This document shows, piece by piece, positions 61,393-64,000 of a stretch of 64,000 bases of DNA. The notes under the pieces are model-generated. The model saw nothing but the letters and a program-made list of their open reading frames with translations. It had not been told where the DNA came from and did not search any database. The translations under genes and the position numbers were made by a program. This DNA is from an uncultured delta proteobacterium (GTDB lineage: Bacteria > Desulfobacterota > WTBG01), in contig CAWCBP010000001.1 in the NCBI GenBank assembly GCA_963793865.1, positions 576,001-640,000 of the forward strand. The letters run 5' to 3'. How positions within the stretch are numbered: the stretch's first letter is position 1; each line of letters starts with the position of its first letter.

Positions 61393-63270
61393 TTAATCAT
61401 CCTCTGTGTTGATGGCGCATGACAGCTGCGCGCTGTCCCAGGCATGGTCATGGAGAGAATGGTCTCTCTGGCGGTCATACGCCAGAAGCTGCTCCTGCAG
61501 GCGTATCTGCTCTTTTGAGTTGTAAATATATGTTTTTTCATCATGCCGGTGCGGTGCCAGCTGCCGCAGGGCGGCCTCATCGTATTTAGTAAAGTTCTGG
61601 GCGGCACGGGTTGCGCTGAATCTCCGCAAGCCCAGCAGGGTCAGGACATCAACGGCCGCGCGCAGCGCCGTATCAAGACAATCACGGTACACGTGCTGCA
61701 GCCCGAGATCAAGCAGTTCATACGCGTCCGCATTGTTTCTGGCCCTGGCGATGACTTCCAGATGGGGAAAATGCTTTCTGCAGGTTTCTGCCAGGGCATA
61801 GCTTATTGGAGGATCATCAATGGCAACCACGAGGATGCGGGCGCTTGCGGCACCTGCAGAATGCAAAATATCAAGGCGGGTGGCATCTCCGTAGAACACC
61901 TTGAAGCCCATCTTGCGAAGCACATCAACCCGGTCCGAATCGTTGTCAAGTATGGTCGTCTCAATGCCGCTGGCGCGAAGGAAGCGGCCCATGATGCTGC
62001 CAAAAAAGCTGAAGCCGGCAATGATCACCGGATGGGCGGTATCAATGGTGTCCGCCTCTTTTTTAATGTGCCGGAGTGTTCCGAAATGCGGCAGGATGAA
62101 CCGCTCGTTGATCAGCAGCAGCAGCGGCGTTAAGGTCATGCTCAGAGCGGTGAGGGCTATCATGGTATCCGCCCAGCTGTCCGACACAATATTCAGCCGG
62201 CTGATAAAGGCAAACAGCACAAAAGCAAACTCACCCACCTGCGACAGCGCCAGAGAGAAGATGCAATTTTGATCGAAGCTCAGCTTAAACATTCTGCCCA
62301 GAAAAAGCAACACGGAGGCTTTGATGGCCACGAGAGCTATGACCAGGGTCAGGATCCATGCGGGGTTATTGAGAATGAGTCTGAAATTAACCGAGGCGCC
62401 GACCGCGATAAAAAAAAGTCCCAGCAGCAGCCCTTTAAACGGTTCGATGTCACTTTCCAGCTCGTGGCGGAATTCGCTGTTGGCAAGAACCACTCCGGCG
62501 AGAAACGTCCCCAGTGCGGGGCTGAGCCCGGCGAGCTTCATCAGATAAGCTATGGCAACTATAATCAGCAGCGCAGCAGCAATGCACATCTCTCGCAGCC
62601 GGGTTCTGGTGATCGTCCTTAAAAAAGGCACGATAACATACCGTCCGCCGAAAATTACCAGCAGAATTGCAACAAGAACGGAGCTGGCCTGAACCCAGCC
62701 CGGCAGTGCGGAAAGCGCGTTGCTCTGTTCTCCGTCCGCAGCGCCGCCGGCCTGAAGCGCTAAAAAAGGAAGCAGTGCCAGTAAAGGAATGACCGCGATG
62801 TCCTGAAACAGTAACACTGCCAGGGAACTTTTTCCCGCTTGCGTCTGTCCGATCCCTTTTTCCTTGAGTGATTGCAGCACCATTGCCGTTGATGACATGG
62901 CAAGGGAAAGACCGGAGGCGACGGCAGCCCGCCAGCCGAAGCCCATCAGGGTTAACACGCACACGATGACCAGGGCGGTCAGGGCGACTTGCAGGCTTCC
63001 CAGTCCCAGGACGTACGTGCGCATGCCCCAGAAGTGGCTTGGTTCAAGCTCGAGCCCTATGAGAAAGAGCATCATTACCACGCCGAATTCGGCGAAGTGC
63101 ATAACGTCCTGGCCCTCTGCACCGATGCAGCCCAGGCAGTAGGGGCCGATGATGATCCCGGCCAGAAGGTAGCCCAGAACGGAACCCATGCCCAGGCGTT
63201 TTGCCAATGGCACGCATACGATCGCCGCGCTAAGGTAGATAATCGACTGAGCAAGAAGGCTGTCCATCAT
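61393..63270 (-). CDS. kefB: KefB/KefC-type K+ efflux antiporter (CPA2 + KTN)
   Basis: LFQDIA, SEFRHELESDIEPFKGLLLGLFF and YGDATR motifs. Confidence 0.93.
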   Translation of the reverse strand: MMDSLLAQSIIYLSAAIVCVPLAKRLGMGSVLGYLLAGIIIGPYCLGCIGAEGQDVMHFAEFGVVMMLFLIGLELEPSHFWGMRTYVLGLGSLQVALTALVIVCVLTLMGFGWRAAVASGLSLAMSSTAMVLQSLKEKGIGQTQAGKSSLAVLLFQDIAVIPLLALLPFLALQAGGAADGEQSNALSALPGWVQASSVLVAILLVIFGGRYVIVPFLRTITRTRLREMCIAAALLIIVAIAYLMKLAGLSPALGTFLAGVVLANSEFRHELESDIEPFKGLLLGLFFIAVGASVNFRLILNNPAWILTLVIALVAIKASVLLFLGRMFKLSFDQNCIFSLALSQVGEFAFVLFAFISRLNIVSDSWADTMIALTALSMTLTPLLLLINERFILPHFGTLRHIKKEADTIDTAHPVIIAGFSFFGSIMGRFLRASGIETTILDNDSDRVDVLRKMGFKVFYGDATRLDILHSAGAASARILVVAIDDPPISYALAETCRKHFPHLEVIARARNNADAYELLDLGLQHVYRDCLDTALRAAVDVLTLLGLRRFSATRAAQNFTKYDEAALRQLAPHRHDEKTYIYNSKEQIRLQEQLLAYDRQRDHSLHDHAWDSAQLSCAINTEDD

Positions 63271-63878
63271 GATGCTTCCTGTTTATGACAATGGGCAAGC
63301 CAGTCATTCAGCAACTCGTATTTCACTATTTCTTCAATGCGGAAGGTGCCCAGGGCCAGGCGGTGCAGGAGCTGCTTATAGAGGAGTGCGGCTTCTTGAA
63401 GCTCGGATTCTTTGAGGCGGTATGTTCCCTGGACGGCAAAGGGGGGAAGGTAGGTCATGTTGCACAGGTGTGCCGTCTGCTCGAAGGGCACCAGGAATTC
63501 GCGAAGGCTGTAGCGGTTGTATCCGCTCCTGCTATACCCCTCCCGGGCGCCGCCGGTGGTGATGGTATTAAAAACAATCTTGTTGGCCATGTTGCACCCG
63601 CCCTCCCCGTGTGCCCATCCGTGCTCCAGCACCAGATCAATCCATTGCTTGATCATGGGTGGTGCACTGAACATATAGAAGGGATAGTGCCAGACAACAA
63701 TGTCATGAGATAAAAGAAGATTTTTCTCGGAGGCGGTATCAATATTGAAATCAGGATACTGCTCATAGAGATCATGTATGGTTACATGGGTTTCATGGTG
63801 CAGTGCGGAAAGGAGCGCCCTATTGGCCCTTGATTTTTCAAATCTCGGATGGGCAAACAGTATTAAGACGGTATTCAT
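63267..63878 (-). CDS. kefG: KefG/KefF-type flavodoxin-like NAD(P)H oxidoreductase
   Basis: LFAHP..SRAN, KQWIDLV..HGWA and PFEQTA motifs. Confidence 0.9.
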   Translation of the reverse strand: MNTVLILFAHPRFEKSRANRALLSALHHETHVTIHDLYEQYPDFNIDTASEKNLLLSHDIVVWHYPFYMFSAPPMIKQWIDLVLEHGWAHGEGGCNMANKIVFNTITTGGAREGYSRSGYNRYSLREFLVPFEQTAHLCNMTYLPPFAVQGTYRLKESELQEAALLYKQLLHRLALGTFRIEEIVKYELLNDWLAHCHKQEAS

Positions 63879-64000
63879 GCATCTGTGTCAGATCAGGAGG
63901 GATATTTCCTTTCACCTTTGGATTTTTGCAGGGATTTTCTTCTGATTTTGGTCTTCAGGGCTGCCTTCTTCCGGTTTGTCTTGCTTCGCTTTTTCATCGC

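Noticed and set aside
61393..63878. kefGB as a novel system
   Set aside because: A standard, well-described pair. Only the gating thiol in this organism is uncertain.

Overview
Chromosomal window from a bacterium whose gene content looks like an anaerobic deltaproteobacterium (Desulfobacterota-like; an inference, not a taxonomic assignment). I found no rRNA, tRNA, CRISPR array, transposase or phage genes. Contents in order: two multiheme c-cytochromes; a ThiF/MoeB-MoaD pair; a secreted Cys-rich repeat protein with cohesin- and dockerin-like ends; a complete contiguous F1Fo operon (atpZ-I-B-E-F'-F-H-A-G-D-C) whose epsilon lacks its C-terminal domain; an RND efflux operon with TetR and a palindromic operator candidate; an AT-rich LamG/TSP3 surface-protein gene; a metal/redox cluster (P1B ATPase, CGGC protein, DUF2156, rubrerythrin, HAO-family octaheme, cupin, DUF1566 protein, nonaheme cytochrome); a sulfur operon (rrf2-cysK-DUF39 homocysteine enzyme-NIL ferredoxin-MOSC-mnmA-bioB); Crp/Fnr; a stand-alone NrdD-type glycyl-radical miniprotein divergent from perR-cooS; MFS; an RpoD paralogue; hsp20-lon; two cupredoxin-like paralogues; a pdhA-osmC-pdhB-pdhC operon without E3; and kefG-kefB. 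About 11 single-base indels break 9 otherwise intact genes and are most likely read or assembly errors. The best candidates for new biology share an oxygen-defence theme: a possible GrcA-like spare part for class III RNR next to a PerR-linked CO dehydrogenase, and an OsmC protein inside the PDH operon. A frameshift-hidden C-terminal domain shared by two secreted proteins is also notable.
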